From the NCBI RefSeq assembly GCF_001194135.2, contig NC_069001.1, positions 37,706,021 to 37,770,020 on the forward strand: a DNA stretch of 64,000 nucleotides, written 5' to 3'. Source of the stretch: Octopus bimaculoides (taxonomy: Eukaryota). Positions 61,255 to 64,000 of this stretch are shown one piece after another. The position numbers were made by a program, and so were the translations under genes. Below the pieces are notes generated by a model. The model saw only the letters and a list, made by a program, of their open reading frames with translations. It made no database searches and was not told the DNA's origin. How positions within the stretch are numbered: position 1 is the first letter of the stretch; each line of letters opens with the position of its first letter.

Positions 61255-64000
61255 CTGATGAATATAGTATTTAGACAGTAGTTTAAATACAATGCTGCAT
61301 ATACCCTTATTAATCAGATTTTTAGAATTATTTCTCTGTATAACCAGTGATTATATGAATAGTGGCATATATATAACGCCAGGGAGGTTATGTTTTTGCT
61401 GATGTTGGTTATAGAAATTGGGCGATTTTCAGCATGTGTGTATATAGGTGGAAATGAGCTACTTGGCAGTGGTCTGCACTCTCCAAGTGCTTTTCTAGTT
61501 CAAAATAATATTTCTATGTATTTTTATCTGCTGTTTACTATTATAGAAAAGAATTAACCAGACAATATTCATAAGTTCATAACACTTCCAAAGGCCAGAT
61601 GGAATCTGTTGAGGCTGCAGATTTTCTACTGCTGTGTTGTTCCTGTTGCTAAGCCTCAACACTTTCCAAGCAACTTAATATTTTGTTGCAGCCCTTCATT
61701 ATTTTCAAGGGGAACAGAAACAAACAGCTTCGCTTGTGTGATAGTGATGCCCACCTTCGTAGTGTCAGGAATGGTACACACACATGCACACTTACCATTG
61801 TATTAACCAGAAAATTGGGTGTTGTTATACCACTGGTCAGTATGTTTCCCTTGTTGTAGCCTTCAGTTTGATGCTGGGCAGATGCACAGGCTGACAATCG
61901 CACTGAATAATGTTGCTAGTCTGTCGTGGCATTACTCATTTGCAGTTGAATGAACTGGAGCAATATAAAATGAAGTTTTTCTTGAAGAACACAAAGCACT
62001 ATCAGTCTTGGAATTGAAACCATGAACTTGCTATTAGTGGAACACCCTAACCGCTAAGCCATACCATATCTACTCCTAAGGATTTTGTGAGCCTAAGATG
62101 TCACTCAGACTAAATCTGAGACCATGTGATTGGGAAGTAAGCCTCAAAGCACACAACTATGTGTGATAGTATAATTTTGCATATGAGCTTCGCTTTATTT
62201 TAAGCAAATGATACCATGTTGCATATGGATCGGTTCTTTAGCATTCATTTGAGAATTGGCACAATATGCAATAGAAGGAATGCTGTTAGGCTTTAAACTT
62301 TCTTTCAATCCATTATTTTACAAGAAACATCAATATGAATACCATCCTATGTTCTGAAATTGGTGTATTGTTTTGGTCATAAGTTTTGTTGATCAAATTC
62401 ATTGTTTTACTTGCTTATTCTGTGTGATTTCCAGTGATATTATGTTTATAATATTTGTAAAATTTATATATACATAGATGCAGGTTTGGCTCTAGGGATG
62501 AATGCCATGACATGACATTTCAGGAAGCTTGTGAGTGGATCTTGTTGGCAAATACTGAAAGAAGCCCATTGTGTGTGTGTGTGTTATCGAGTTAGAAAAT
62601 GTACCCTCATTGTCCTTTGTACACGCTAATGATTTTCCATATAAGGTATCTAAAATGCAAGATAATATATTTATATATGGTTTGTAATTTTGTTTGTGAA
62701 ATGAAACAATTTTAGATGAATATGTTAATTAATAAATTAATTTGTATCCAGATCTCTGTTTTATAACTTGATAATAATGTTTGATATTTTATATCATATA
62801 TTTGTTGAAGAGATAACTCTTCAAAATATAATCTATTAAACCAGTGTATCTTGGATAAATATTCCCTATAAAACGCTTAAATATCCTCATTGTGACAAAT
62901 ATATAGATATATGAATTTGGGCATGTTTGTGTTTCTTTGTCCTAACATTTCAGGATAGTTGTAGACAAGCTTCTCTATCATACAAGTGTTTGTTTCTGAC
63001 CTTCCATGAAAATATGTCTGGCTATCAAGAAATATTACCTTGTTTGGAAACAAGTGAAGGATGCCAAGAGGAAAATCTGCCTCAACAAATTCCATTTGAT
63101 TCATGCAAGCAAAGCAAAATGGACATTAAAACGATGACAATAATGATCCGCAAAACAATTTCCCCCCCTGTAGAATTAATGAAACAAATGATGTGTCTAA
63201 TAATCTTAGTTTTCATCATACTTTTGATATTTTCCTGTTGAAACTTGATTTCATCTTCCATTTCTTGTCTCACATTATAAGAAAAATCAAGTTTTGTTGA
63301 ACTTTTTTTTGTCTTCAGCTGTGTGACTTTTTTTTATTCCCAGCTCCATTTCAATAGAATGTGTTGCAATCCTACACACATAATGGAAAGCCAATTAATG
63401 CTAATTACCAATAATCTTGATGTCTTTTAATTACAACATTTTATTTTATTGAAATGTATGATGTTCTTTCTTGAAAATTTTATTTCTCCATTTATTACAG
63501 AATAAATGACATTTTAACCCCATTTATTTGTATTGTTGTTGGCATCCCATAATCATCACAATTTTCTCTATCAATCTTCACAACACTAATTCACATCCCT
63601 ACCTTGCAGTGAACCAAATCAGAACAAGCTGGAGCTCACCTTCTGATGAGCCAGGTAACACAGTGTATGTCAATAAATATCAGCCAACTGATCTACCACC
63701 CACCGACTGCAATACCATTCCCACAATGGTTGCACACCATGGATTTCTAGCTCTGAGATCAGGGTATCTCTCCAAGTTGAGTCACCACTTCTCTGCATTC
63801 AGAGGTCATGGTTTCTATACTATGGACAAGCGATTACTGTTGCAAAAAAGAATCACTAGACAGATTCTTCCAGCTAACTTTATCTTTCCCTCTTCCACCC
63901 ACTCTCTCTCTCTGTTGTAAAGAAGATATTCCACCTGATAGTTTATTGTAGACTTTCCTCCATTGCTGAAAGTTCGTTGCTAGTTCTCTCAAGCAGTTAG

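Noticed and set aside
63528-63920. 130-aa ORF near the right edge
   Set aside because: TTG start, no recognisable motif, no supporting splice or start context.

Overview
AT-rich animal genomic DNA with three assembly gaps, holding a tandem cluster of single-coding-exon C2H2 (Kruppel-type, HTGEKPYxC-linker) zinc-finger genes. There are 11 complete ORFs of 8-20 fingers, the 3' end of a twelfth at the left edge, and one truncated pseudogene. The finger consensus and the abundant (GAT)n-tailed and tRNA-headed SINE-like repeats resemble the expanded ZNF clusters of Octopus (inference, not verified). No KRAB/SCAN/ZAD-like domain is visible; instead each protein has a short homologous acidic/basic leader. 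Most genes are copies of one cassette: an upstream non-coding exon ending in GTAAGT, a conserved intronic block, a TTTCAG|AATATC acceptor about 260-540 nt before the ATG, and a characteristic terminal finger. Superimposed on this are an inverted, patchily homogenised duplication, finger-block shuffling, frameshift truncations that leave fossil fingers in the 3' UTRs, a decayed rDNA fragment (18S-ITS1-5.8S-ITS2), several MITE-like palindromes, and mariner and RTE relics. All alignments were done by eye, so identity statements are approximate.
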